Made by a program: the position numbers and the translations under genes
IMG/VR virus record: IMGVR_UViG_3300032007_000002
Source of the DNA: a virus
Taxonomy: Duplodnaviria; Heunggongvirae; Uroviricota; Caudoviricetes
Length of the DNA: 64,000 bases
Strand: one strand, 5' to 3'
Notes under the pieces: generated by a model
Seen by the model: only the letters and a program-made list of their open reading frames with translations
Told to the model about the DNA's origin: nothing
Database searches by the model: none
In this document: piece by piece, positions 36,320-45,314 of the stretch
Position numbering within the stretch: position 1 is the first letter of the stretch
Layout of the letters: every line of letters begins with the position of its first letter

Positions 36320-36706
36320 ATGTTCACCGGCTATTTCGGCAGGACCAGCCGCTATATCGCACTCGGCTACACCCCGGTGTCTATCGCCCTGTACACGCCC
36401 ACGTGGTTCAACGGCTTCCGCTACCCGAAGCTCGCCCCGAAGGAAGGCTTCTTCAAGGAGTGGAAGTACGGCAGCCGCAAGGGCGACAACAAGTATTACA
36501 TCGAGCGCTTCAACGAGGAAGTCCTGAAGCCGATCTGCCAGCGCGGCGTCGCCATCAGGGAACTCGAGGCGCTTACCCATGTCCCCCATTCGAAGATAGT
36601 CCTCCTGTGCTACGAGAAGCCCGGGGACTTCTGTCACAGGCACCTGGTGGCCGACTGGTTCGGCAAGGAGTGGTGCAAGGAACTCAACCTGGAGAAACCA
36701 AGATGA
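36320..36706 (+). CDS. DUF488-family protein
   Basis: KIVLLCYEKPGDFCHRHLVADW matches the DUF488 LLC.E....CHR signature. Confidence 0.55.
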   Translation: MFTGYFGRTSRYIALGYTPVSIALYTPTWFNGFRYPKLAPKEGFFKEWKYGSRKGDNKYYIERFNEEVLKPICQRGVAIRELEALTHVPHSKIVLLCYEKPGDFCHRHLVADWFGKEWCKELNLEKPR

Positions 36707-37179
36707 ACGAACGCAGCGAACTGGACTACAACGAGAACGTCATGTTCGATGGCATTTTGACCCGCATCGTCGGAAAGACGTGCATCATAATCGAGGACCC
36801 GAAGGAACTGGACATCCTCAAACGCCTGGCAGAAAAAGAGCCGCTCCGTCTCAACCAATACGGGCTCACCCTCGAAGGCAACCTGCTGAGGTCGGGACAG
36901 CATGCAACCCCGCCGGACGGCAACTATACCCCGCTGGACTACGCCAGGACCGGCCTGTGCTGCGACCTGGTAAACCTCAAATATACCGGCAGCAAGACGG
37001 CCGAGGAGCGCTGCAAGCTGCTCGCCGGCATCATCAACAAGGTCATCCCGGAAAAGCTGCACCGCTTCATCGAGATGTCCCAGGACATGGCCTGGGGCGG
37101 GTTCGGGCACGCGGAAATCCCGGAGCACATGCTGATGGGCATGAAAATGGAGCTGCTCCAGTTCATCTCGAAACTTTAA
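36703..37179 (+). CDS. hypothetical protein
   Basis: Start MNERSE in the frame of track ORF 36241..37179. Confidence 0.5.
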   Translation: MNERSELDYNENVMFDGILTRIVGKTCIIIEDPKELDILKRLAEKEPLRLNQYGLTLEGNLLRSGQHATPPDGNYTPLDYARTGLCCDLVNLKYTGSKTAEERCKLLAGIINKVIPEKLHRFIEMSQDMAWGGFGHAEIPEHMLMGMKMELLQFISKL

Positions 37180-37195
37180 CCTTCACGAAAACAGA

Positions 37196-37222
37196 AAAGA
37201 CGCGGGCAACCGCGTTTTTTGT
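37196..37222 (+). terminator. rho-independent terminator
   Basis: agacgcgggcaaccgcgttttttgtatttt. Confidence 0.65.
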
Positions 37223-37292
37223 ATTTTCGGGGAACTATATCTCCTCTTGACATACTCCCACGAATAAAGTCATGGGATTCTGGGAGTTGCTA

Positions 37293-38393
37293 CTACGAGC
37301 AACATATCTCAAAGGTAGATGCCCCTACCTTACATAAATTTATTGCGGCATTCCTATCCCTATCATGTTCTGCACCACACTTAGGACATATCCAATGTCT
37401 AATGGATACATCCTTCAATTCGTGGTTCTGATAACCACACTCGGAGCATAACTGGCTAGATGGGTACCACTTGTCTGCGTACATGACTGTCTTACCAGTC
37501 TTATGTGCTACATATTCAATGATATTCAAGAAAGTATTGAATCCGAAGTCGTACATGGATTTCTTATACTTCTTGGATAGATTAGCTAGGTCTAGCGTCT
37601 CAAACACCATCACATCGTAGTCACGGCACATCTGCCGTGCCAACTTCCAGTGCATATCGGAACGCTGGTTGGCTACCTTCTCGTGTAGCTTCTGCAATGT
37701 ACGCAGCGAACCTCGCTTTCCTTTAGACCTACGGTATTTCTCCGATAGGTTCCTTAATGAATTGAGGTTCTTCCGCAATAGCTTAGGCATACTGCAACCA
37801 TCACCGTTAGAGGAAACCAAGAAGTCGTGCAGACTGAAGTCGAAACCAACGATTTCACCCGATTTAGTCCACTCTTCGTATGCTACTTCTTGCTCAACAA
37901 CGATGTATATGTAGAAGCCGTTGCTCTTGCGCTTGACGGTGAGCGTTTTAATCTTGCCGTCGAAATCCCTGCTATTCCAGTAGGGAAAGTCTTTCTTGCC
38001 TATCCTAACTCTATTGCTGTCATGAAACTTATATCCACATTGCTTTGTCGTGAACGACCTATACTTTGCAGATTTCTGGAAATGTGGCGGATTGGTCTTC
38101 TTGCCAACCTTCAAGTTCGAGAAGAACAACCGATATGCTCGGTCTATCCTGTCCGTGATATCCTGAATAGCTTGAGACGGAACCTCATTCCAGTCTGGGT
38201 ATTGCTTCTTCAACTTGGTTAAGTGCTTCTGCAACTGATACTTATTCAACATCTTATGGTAGATGCCGTAGTACCTACGATGCAGAGCAATGCAGTGGTT
38301 GTATATCTGTCCAGCAACTACCAGAATACCGTCAAGATACCTCAAAGCATCCCTATTGTACAGCTTGTACTTGTATGTCTTCAATTCAACCAT
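37293..38393 (-). CDS. tnpB: IS605 OrfB / TnpB RNA-guided-endonuclease-family protein
   Basis: C-terminal QLCSECGYQ...HWICPKCGAEHDRDRNAAINL (RuvC-III plus zinc finger); 366 aa. Confidence 0.85.
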   Translation of the reverse strand: MVELKTYKYKLYNRDALRYLDGILVVAGQIYNHCIALHRRYYGIYHKMLNKYQLQKHLTKLKKQYPDWNEVPSQAIQDITDRIDRAYRLFFSNLKVGKKTNPPHFQKSAKYRSFTTKQCGYKFHDSNRVRIGKKDFPYWNSRDFDGKIKTLTVKRKSNGFYIYIVVEQEVAYEEWTKSGEIVGFDFSLHDFLVSSNGDGCSMPKLLRKNLNSLRNLSEKYRRSKGKRGSLRTLQKLHEKVANQRSDMHWKLARQMCRDYDVMVFETLDLANLSKKYKKSMYDFGFNTFLNIIEYVAHKTGKTVMYADKWYPSSQLCSECGYQNHELKDVSIRHWICPKCGAEHDRDRNAAINLCKVGASTFEICCS

Positions 38394-38424
38394 AGATAAG
38401 CAAATGTCCCCAGAACACTTAAAA

Positions 38425-38482
38425 TTGGCAGTCAGCGTTCCGAGGACATTTTAAAATCTAACCTTGATAGGAGGACTGCCAA
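38425..38482. repeat. 9-bp perfect inverted repeat (ttggcagtc ... gactgccaa) with 40-nt spacer, upstream of tnpB
   Basis: Seen directly. Confidence 0.5.
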
Positions 38483-38525
38483 GAACTCTTATCATATAGA
38501 AGTTTATAACAATATACAAAAACTT

Positions 38526-38903
38526 TTACGAGTTTGCAACCGTTTTCATCATCCCACGGCTAAAGCCGTGGGCTTTCCGTTCAGCGTAATAATATTCCCC
38601 AATCTTCTTGCCTTTCTTCTCCTGCTCGATGGCCGCGTGGATAAACGTGAGCGCATCCGCATACAGGAGGAAGAACACCGGGTCTTGGAACACGGAATAC
38701 AGGATGAGCGAACCCATTGCCGTATCTATCGAGTAGGACTTGTACCGGTGCCAGAAGAACCGGCCCTTCCACTGGGGATAGGCGTTCATCAGCAGCTTGT
38801 TGCAGACGATGCGGTGCTTCTTGTCGATACGGATGACGCACCGTCCGCGGAACTTGCGTTCAACCTTCGCTTCTTCAGGAGACCTTACCATTCTTGTCCC
38901 CAT
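38526..38903 (-). pseudogene. possible IS200-like TnpA (Y1 HUH transposase) C-terminal fragment; HuH half absent
   Basis: PQWKGRFFWHRYKSYSIDTAMG resembles the TnpA FW.RGY..DTVG tyrosine motif and IHAAIEQEKK the C-terminal IEEQ; no HxH motif upstream; GC differs from tnpB. Confidence 0.35.
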
Positions 38904-39462
38904 CTTCGACGACTGGCGTTTCCCCGTTGGATGCCTTCCTCAAGCCATCCGCGGCACGGATATAGGTGGCCGCAAGGTTCGAGAGGAACACGGCGTTCTT
39001 GAAGTCCGTCGCATAGGTGAGGAGCGCCCCGAGGCCGGTGACGGAACCGTATGTATTGTAGCGGTTGAGCTTCCCGGAACTGAAATACAGTGAAGTAATG
39101 TCCGCGGTCAGGAACCTGCACTTTTCGAGATCGGACGGGGACCATTCATAGTGGACGCGCTTGACGCTGCCTTCCCCGGTAAGCCCCTTGTTGCACAGCT
39201 TCTCGAACTCGCTCGCCTTGACCGAGGAGAACCTGACCCCGTGGAAGTTTTCCGGCCAGGACGGGCCAAGGACCAGGCAGAGCTCGTTGAGCACGCCGCG
39301 GTCGTTCTTGGTATTGCGCGTAGTCGCCACGAACTCGATGTCCAGGCTCTTGAAGGTGTGGCGCATGAAGTCGGAAAAGTCCCCGACGCAGTTGGAAAAT
39401 TCCCTGCGGGACAGGTCCGCAGCCAGCGACATGCTGGAAGTTTCTTGTTTCTTATTGCTCAT
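38875..39462 (-). CDS. hypothetical protein
   Basis: Start MSNKKQ after AAGGAGA; from track ORF 38875..39489. Confidence 0.5.
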   Translation of the reverse strand: MSNKKQETSSMSLAADLSRREFSNCVGDFSDFMRHTFKSLDIEFVATTRNTKNDRGVLNELCLVLGPSWPENFHGVRFSSVKASEFEKLCNKGLTGEGSVKRVHYEWSPSDLEKCRFLTADITSLYFSSGKLNRYNTYGSVTGLGALLTYATDFKNAVFLSNLAATYIRAADGLRKASNGETPVVEDGDKNGKVS

Positions 39463-39491
39463 AGCAATCTCCTTGTAGGAAAAATACAAAA

Positions 39492-39788
39492 TTAGGCGCC
39501 GGGTTCCACGCCGTCACCCGGCTTTTCTCGATGTCCGCCGATCCGCATGGCGACGGCGAACACGATGGCGACCCACAGGACGGTGGCCGGGATGCCGACA
39601 GCCAGGTAGGCGAACCCGGGCGGGATCCATCCGTTGCAGTTTCCGTATATGCACAGGAGCAACGGCCATACGCACAGGGCGATGACCGTGGCCAGTGTCG
39701 GAAACAGAAGGGCGATGCTGGTCACAAAATCCAGCGGAGGGCCGAATATCGAGACGACCCGGTCAACGACGAGGTCAATCCTTTTCAT
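39492..39788 (-). CDS. small membrane protein (about three transmembrane helices)
   Basis: ORF track; hydrophobic segments. Confidence 0.5.
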   Translation of the reverse strand: MKRIDLVVDRVVSIFGPPLDFVTSIALLFPTLATVIALCVWPLLLCIYGNCNGWIPPGFAYLAVGIPATVLWVAIVFAVAMRIGGHREKPGDGVEPGA

Positions 39789-40035
39789 CGGGGAGCTCCA
39801 GGCCGCGTTCCTTCAAGTACCAGAACCTTGCGGAATAGTATTCCGGCGTATATCCGCCCTCTGCGTTGGCATCGTCACAGGTCCCGTGGGACCCGAACCA
39901 ATCGACCTCGAACTCGTAGAGGGCCTCCTTCAATCGGTCGTCCGTGTCGGTTGTGGAACCGTCATTCCGGTCAAGCCAGTCGCGGCACTTTTCGGCTTGC
40001 CAGTCGACCCGGCCGTTCCTCACTTCATCAGACAT
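39775..40035 (-). CDS. hypothetical protein
   Basis: Start MSDEVRNG; from track ORF 39775..40128. Confidence 0.4.
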   Translation of the reverse strand: MSDEVRNGRVDWQAEKCRDWLDRNDGSTTDTDDRLKEALYEFEVDWFGSHGTCDDANAEGGYTPEYYSARFWYLKERGLELPDEKD

Positions 40036-40617
40036 CGTGTTCGTCCTCCTTCGCGGCTTCCTGCATCTGTTCGTGGTATGCGCGATAGGAAGTGAGGAAA
40101 TTTTCCGCATAGATTGACGCGCGGACAAGGTCCGGGTGAAGACCGGGGATAAGGGAAATTTCGCGCAGGACGGTGGTCGCGTAGTCGATTTCCCCGATCT
40201 TGTTGTCGGTCCCCCAGCTCATCGCCGTGGCCACGGTGTTCTCGATGCGGGTGCGGACGATTTCCGGGTCCGGGCAGTTGCCGTTGAGGAAGGCGCACAT
40301 CGCACGGGCTTCTTCCTCGTCCTGGTAGAACCGGCGGTCGAAACAGTGGTTGTCCATCCAGTTCTTCGCGCACTTCAAAGTCGGCTCGTCGCGCTTGAGC
40401 GTGTAGGGCTTGAACTTGAACTTTCCGCCGGCACCGACATAGATGTAGTACACGGTGGCTTCCTTGATCTTGTTCTTCACCGCGTTCTCCAAGTCGAACG
40501 GGGTAATGGGGCCGCGTTCTCGGCATGCCTGGATGAAGGCTTCCGAGTTGATTTTCGGCAGCCTTGCCAGGCGTTCGCGAAGTTCACTGATCGATGCGTA
40601 TTCGCTCATCATCTTCT
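40028..40617 (-). CDS. hypothetical protein
   Basis: Start MMSEYAS after AGGAGAAG; from track ORF 40028..40771. Confidence 0.5.
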
Positions 40618-42630
40618 CCTTATGAAAACTCTGTAATAGATGCACTTCGGCATCCCGTTCTCGTCGAGCAGGTAGCTGTTCTGTACCCGCCAGTTCTTGT
40701 AGTAGGCCTTGTACGCCTTCTGCCGTTCCTCCGACGGGGGCGTAAAGAACTCGCACTCGTTGAACGCCCATGCGGTGTCCCCGCTCCGCCCAAGGACCTC
40801 GAACTGCTTCGGGTCGAAATGGTCGAAGAACGTAATCGGGACGCCCATCACCCCGTCGTAGTCCTTCGGGATGTCCGAGATCCTGTCGACGTTAATCGCG
40901 TCGAAATTCTCGAACTTGGGGTATTTCGCCGGATCGTAGGCAGCCTTCAAAAAGATGCCGCGCTCGTCTTCCTTCCGGGGAACTGACATGTTCGTGTACC
41001 ACCTGCAAAGGCCGGTGACCTTCTCGGTCTCGCCTTCCGGCGTCTCGAACTCGTCCGGGGAGGTGATGCCGAGCTGGATCCTGCCGGAACGCAGCTTGCG
41101 GAACACCTCGTTGTAGTTGACGCAGTTCTTGTTGCCGATGACATAGAAGTCCCTGTCGGCGCCGTCCACCCAGTCCACGAAGTCCCGGAAGCAGTTCCCG
41201 CACCAGGTGGCCAGGCCGTTCCTGCGGACGAGCATGGTATGGTTGCGGTCGAGTTCCAGGCAGTGCACGGTCCCGTCATACTGGACCTTCTCCGGCACGG
41301 GATAGTCCGTATTGCGCTTCTTGGTCTCGATTGCCCAGTTCGCCATCCAGTAGGGGTTTCCCTTGGACTTGCGCTGGATGAACTGCACGAGCACGCCGCG
41401 CACTTTCAGGATGAGCTCCTGCAGGCCCTCGCACAGCTTCGGTGCGGTACTGCCGATTGCCTGGCTCACCTTCCCGCCGATGTGGGAGAGATGGGAGTTG
41501 CCCTTCATGTAGCCGTCGAGGAAGCGGGCCATGTAGGCCGGTTCCATGTAGAGGACTTCCGTCGGGAACTTCTTCTCGATGCCCTTGCCGAACTTCGCGA
41601 GGTAGGTCCACAGCTGCTTGCTGTACACGGTGTAGTTGTGGTTCCTGGTCTTACTGGACCGTTCCACCTTGCACGGGAAGCCGATCTTGGCGTAAAGGTC
41701 GATGACGTACTTCTCGTTGTCCTCGTTCTGCTTGATGCTGATCGTGTAGCGGGGATTGCCGTTCACGTTGTTGCCGAAACGGACGCAGCCGTCGGCAAGC
41801 CAGAACCCGAGGAACTCCAGCCAGTCACCCATCGGAATTTTCTTTTCCGGGACGGTGATGTCCTTGTGGGTGTAGCGTTCGTTCTGCATGACGCTCGGGA
41901 GCGTGAAGAACTCCTCGTGGATGCCGCTCCAGTCGTATTCCAGACCGCGGATAGGCACGGAATGGTAGTGGGGGACCACCTCGTCGGCGCGGCAGAACAG
42001 GTCCTTGCGCTCGTTGCAGATCATGCGGTGGTTTCCGGTCACCATGAGGTCCATGCCGGACTTCTTGAAGTGGAACAGCTCGCCCTTGTACGGGGTGTCG
42101 TAGAAACGGACGATGCGGGCGTATTCGACCTTGCGGGTCGCCGGGTCCATGCTGAGGACGAGGTCGCCCGGCTTGACGTCGGTAAACAGCTTCCAGCCTC
42201 CGTCGGTGAGCACCTCGGTATCTGAAGAGAAACAGCTGAAAGGGGGGTTGGTCACGACCAGGTCGGAATGCTGCATGAACTTCGTGATTTCCGGGGAACG
42301 GAAGTCCCCGTCTCCATCCAGCACCCACCGGGCAACCTTAATATTGCCGTCCCGTCCGAGAGAAACCGTCTCCGCGTGGCCGCGATGGCCAGGGACATAG
42401 CTGGTACAGGTGAGTCTGCGGAGGCCCAGTCCCTGGAAGTTGTCGATGAAGAAGTCGCGGAACCCCGGGTGTTCAAGGTCGTTGCACGGACACAGGACGG
42501 TGCGGTTGGCGAAGAAGCCGGGGTCGCGTTCGAACAGCGCCTTCATCTCGTGGGAGACGTCGCTGTAACTGGTGTAGAACTCGTCGTTCTTGGCAGTCTT
42601 CGCCTCACGTAAATTGCGGTTCTTGGACAT
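40609..42630 (-). CDS. DNA methyltransferase (NPPF motif; N6-adenine/N4-cytosine type) interrupted by a LAGLIDADG-type intein
   Basis: Start MSKNRN; extein motifs VVTNPPF and GVPITFFDHF; the ~347-aa insertion has intein blocks A, B, C/E and a terminal Asn followed by Cys. Confidence 0.7.
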   Translation of the reverse strand: MSKNRNLREAKTAKNDEFYTSYSDVSHEMKALFERDPGFFANRTVLCPCNDLEHPGFRDFFIDNFQGLGLRRLTCTSYVPGHRGHAETVSLGRDGNIKVARWVLDGDGDFRSPEITKFMQHSDLVVTNPPFSCFSSDTEVLTDGGWKLFTDVKPGDLVLSMDPATRKVEYARIVRFYDTPYKGELFHFKKSGMDLMVTGNHRMICNERKDLFCRADEVVPHYHSVPIRGLEYDWSGIHEEFFTLPSVMQNERYTHKDITVPEKKIPMGDWLEFLGFWLADGCVRFGNNVNGNPRYTISIKQNEDNEKYVIDLYAKIGFPCKVERSSKTRNHNYTVYSKQLWTYLAKFGKGIEKKFPTEVLYMEPAYMARFLDGYMKGNSHLSHIGGKVSQAIGSTAPKLCEGLQELILKVRGVLVQFIQRKSKGNPYWMANWAIETKKRNTDYPVPEKVQYDGTVHCLELDRNHTMLVRRNGLATWCGNCFRDFVDWVDGADRDFYVIGNKNCVNYNEVFRKLRSGRIQLGITSPDEFETPEGETEKVTGLCRWYTNMSVPRKEDERGIFLKAAYDPAKYPKFENFDAINVDRISDIPKDYDGVMGVPITFFDHFDPKQFEVLGRSGDTAWAFNECEFFTPPSEERQKAYKAYYKNWRVQNSYLLDENGMPKCIYYRVFIRRR
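41194..42234 (-). other. intein (about 347 aa) with LAGLIDADG homing-endonuclease domain, inserted right after the NPPF motif
   Basis: CFSSDTEVLTDGG (block A), DLMVTGNHRMIC (block B, T..H), LEFLGFWLADGCV and ARFLDGYMKGNS (LAGLIDADG motifs), ending ...LATWCGN then C; boundaries approximate. Confidence 0.6.
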
Positions 42631-43154
42631 TACATTCTGCCTTTGCTGCCGGCTTCGATAATTTCTTCGATGAAACGGAGGCGGAGGCCCCTGGCCTGCT
42701 CGATTGCCTTGGCGACACGTTCGTCCTTGGAAAGGCAACTCGGGTCGACATAGGAGTTACGGACGTTCTCCAGGTAATACGCGTCGCCGAGAGTGTCACC
42801 GAGGTTCTTGCCGACGTAACTGGCGTTGATTGCCGCCTTGATGGCGCACGCGATGTTCTTGGCAAGGAGCTTTGACGAATGGGTGCCGGTGCCCTTGTTG
42901 GTATTGATCGCGGCATAGCGCTTCGCATCGCGCTGGATACGGAGTGCGGCCATGGCGAGAGCCTTGATGTCCATTTCGGGAGTAATATCCGTCGATGCGT
43001 TGGAAACGTCGATTCCCGGAAATTCGCTCGGGAGGAACGGCCAGTCGGCAGCGAACGGCGGGGGTTGGAGTTCGCCTTCATACGGCTTCTTTTCGGTTAC
43101 GACGAGCTTTGACAGCGGGACACATACGGTTTCATTTTCGTTTTCGTTTGACAT
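42630..43154 (-). CDS. hypothetical protein
   Basis: ORF track; motif at 43169-43184 then AGAGGT SD. Confidence 0.5.
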   Translation of the reverse strand: MSNENENETVCVPLSKLVVTEKKPYEGELQPPPFAADWPFLPSEFPGIDVSNASTDITPEMDIKALAMAALRIQRDAKRYAAINTNKGTGTHSSKLLAKNIACAIKAAINASYVGKNLGDTLGDAYYLENVRNSYVDPSCLSKDERVAKAIEQARGLRLRFIEEIIEAGSKGRM

Positions 43155-43228
43155 ATTTTACCTCTGCCTGAAATATAGCAAAAACCCACCGTATGTGGTG
43201 GGTTCCTGTGAAAAACTGCCGTTACATG

Positions 43229-43725
43229 CTAATTGGCGGGGCCGAGGTCGGTAATACCGGCAATATCGGTAACGGTCAATGCGCTGTCAGCACTCTGCTC
43301 ACGAACCTGTCGCAAGAGGTCGTCATACAGCGCTTCGCCCGTCTTGTTGCTTTTCAAATGATAGGAAAGCCCGTCGGTCGTAGGGAGCGAGGCGGCATGG
43401 TCCGGGTTTATCGCGCGGATGCGCGTGGTCACCAGGTAGACATGCGGAGCCGGGCCGTCGCTAATCTTGGTGAAACGGTATTTCGCGGTAGCTTCCGGGT
43501 AGGCCGCCCGGTCAACCTCGGAGAGGAACATTTCCTTCGGTCGGGCGTAGATGCCGTCCTTGTGGTTGGTCTTTCCCGCGTTGCCCATGCACTTGTAGAT
43601 GACGAGTTCCTCGCCCGTTTCGGAGTGCTTGGCGACGGTAATCACCTGTGAAGTGGCGCCTTTGAAGTGCGCCCAGGTGCTGCCGGGCGTGATTTCTCTG
43701 TCTTTGTTTTCTTCGTTAGTCATTG
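43229..43725 (-). CDS. DUF1653-domain protein
   Basis: [28 protein letters not shown]...[12 protein letters not shown] matches the DUF1653 pattern; from track ORF 43229..43786. Confidence 0.55.
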
Positions 43726-44768
43726 GTGTACCCTGTTGAATAGAGGACCGGATCGTCGTTAAACTCCTTCCCGGTGTCCTTGGCAAGCTGTTTTGCGATT
43801 TCTTCCGCCGCGGAAAAATCTTCCTTTGCCTGGCGATCGTGGATTGCGCAATACGCCTCGAACGACCACGGGCGGATGACCGGAACGTAGATGCTTACCG
43901 AACTCATCTTTTCATGCGTCTTAATCTGGTGGCGGAACGATTCGGTGCAGTATGCTTTCCAGTTTTCAAAAAGCTCCTTGCGTTCGGTATCGGCGCATAC
44001 CTTGCATACCTGGGCAAAGCCTGCCGGGGTAAGGGTAATGCGTCCCACCATGTCCAGGTCGCGGTCAAAGTCCACGTTCGTGACGGATTTCACCACGCGC
44101 TGGGTAGTTGCATCGAAATACGAACCGAAACGGTCGGCATACTTTTCTTCTATCGACGAAACGATAATCCTAAAAATATCGACTGCCGTTGCGTCGAGAT
44201 GACGAGAAAGCTGGTCACGAATATTACTGAGTTTCAGTTTATCTTCCGCATTTTGCAGGCACTTGCTAAGCGGAGCGTCATTGAAGAAGCGCTTGAGGCC
44301 CCTGACTGCGCTAAACAACCCGTGCGCCCATCGGATGGAGCCCAGATAGGTATGTAAGTTCCACCCAGCATAATCAGTTTTCTTTTCGTAGTCCACTACG
44401 ACGTTCCAGTCGCGAACGCCGCTTCCGTCGCAAATACGGGGAGTTTTGACCTGGTAATTGTGCCCGCCGAGAGAAACGCATGTGTCGAAGATGTCATACA
44501 GGACTTTGGTATCGGACGTCCAGTAATTTTCATGCTCGTTGTCGCTAAGCTCCGCAGAAATCAGCAAATAGATATTGCAGATGCGGAACCGGCCAATCTC
44601 GCGGGTTTCGTCCGTCCCGAGGGCGTCACGCGCCGTAATCGCAGAGCTGGGGATGTCCAAGTTTTCAATCTTGAACATGCGGGTGCGCTTGGTCTGTGTG
44701 TGCATGGTGAAGCCGGGGGCCTGCACTTCTTTCAAGTCAAGGCCGGCAAAATGGAATTGTTCTGACAT
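43716..44768 (-). CDS. hypothetical protein
   Basis: Start MSEQFHF after AAGAGG; track N-terminus MLYF is the translated motif. Confidence 0.55.
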   Translation of the reverse strand: MSEQFHFAGLDLKEVQAPGFTMHTQTKRTRMFKIENLDIPSSAITARDALGTDETREIGRFRICNIYLLISAELSDNEHENYWTSDTKVLYDIFDTCVSLGGHNYQVKTPRICDGSGVRDWNVVVDYEKKTDYAGWNLHTYLGSIRWAHGLFSAVRGLKRFFNDAPLSKCLQNAEDKLKLSNIRDQLSRHLDATAVDIFRIIVSSIEEKYADRFGSYFDATTQRVVKSVTNVDFDRDLDMVGRITLTPAGFAQVCKVCADTERKELFENWKAYCTESFRHQIKTHEKMSSVSIYVPVIRPWSFEAYCAIHDRQAKEDFSAAEEIAKQLAKDTGKEFNDDPVLYSTGYTND

Positions 44769-44788
44769 GTGTAACCTCTTTCGTTGGT

Positions 44789-44824
44789 TGAAATATAGCA
44801 AAAAATCGAAAATTGCTATATTTC
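44789..44824. promoter_or_regulatory. divergent pair of promoter-like motifs
   Basis: tgaaatatagcaaaaaa (minus gene) and attgctatatttc then AAAGAGGAAA-ATG 44847 (plus gene). Confidence 0.55.
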
Positions 44825-44846
44825 AGGCATCAAAGAGGAAACTACT

Positions 44847-45314
44847 ATGGACATCGGAAGCAACAATTCATACCCGGCAGGAACCCTCAGCAACTTCGCC
44901 CCTCATCCGTTCACGTTCGACGGGGTGGAGTGCGCCTCGATGGAAGGCTTCCTGCAATCGCTCAAATTCTCCAACCCGGAGATGCAGATCTACGTATGCA
45001 CGCTCGTGGGCATCAAGGCAAAGCACAAGGGAAAGCACAAGAACTGGTACCGCGACCAGACGCTCTACTGGAAGGGCATACCCATAAAGCGCGACTCCGA
45101 GGCCTACCAGCTCCTGCTGAACCGCGCCTACAACCAGCTGAACAAGAACCCGGGCTTCCGCAGCGCACTGCTCGCGACCAACAAGGCGACGCTCACCCAC
45201 TCCGTGGGAAAGCACGACATCCACCACACGGTGCTGACCGTCCAGGAGTTCTGCTCCCGTCTCACGTACCTGCGAGACGTGGGAGACCTCCCGGAAACAT
45301 CGACGAAGGGTTAG
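44847..45314 (+). CDS. NADAR-domain protein (YbiA/DUF1768 family)
   Basis: GTLSNFAPHPFTFDGVECASMEGFLQSLKF matches the NADAR LSNF...F..DG.......E..fQ..Kf signature. Confidence 0.65.
   Translation: MDIGSNNSYPAGTLSNFAPHPFTFDGVECASMEGFLQSLKFSNPEMQIYVCTLVGIKAKHKGKHKNWYRDQTLYWKGIPIKRDSEAYQLLLNRAYNQLNKNPGFRSALLATNKATLTHSVGKHDIHHTVLTVQEFCSRLTYLRDVGDLPETSTKG

Larger units (their letters stand above)
37225..38525 (-). mobile_element. IS200/IS605-family (IS1341-like) element carrying tnpB; AT-rich relative to the flanks
   Basis: TnpB ORF; subterminal hairpins (gttgctactacgagcaac at the tnpB 3' side; cccacggctaaagccgtggg at 38553-38572); inserted right after a terminator. Confidence 0.65.

Noticed and set aside
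36241-37179. 312-aa plus-strand ORF
   Set aside because: N-terminal 150 aa overlaps the DUF488 gene in another frame and is Arg/Pro-rich; trimmed to MNERSE at 36703.
41239-42225. 328-aa plus-strand ORF
   Set aside because: Antisense to the intein-containing methyltransferase.
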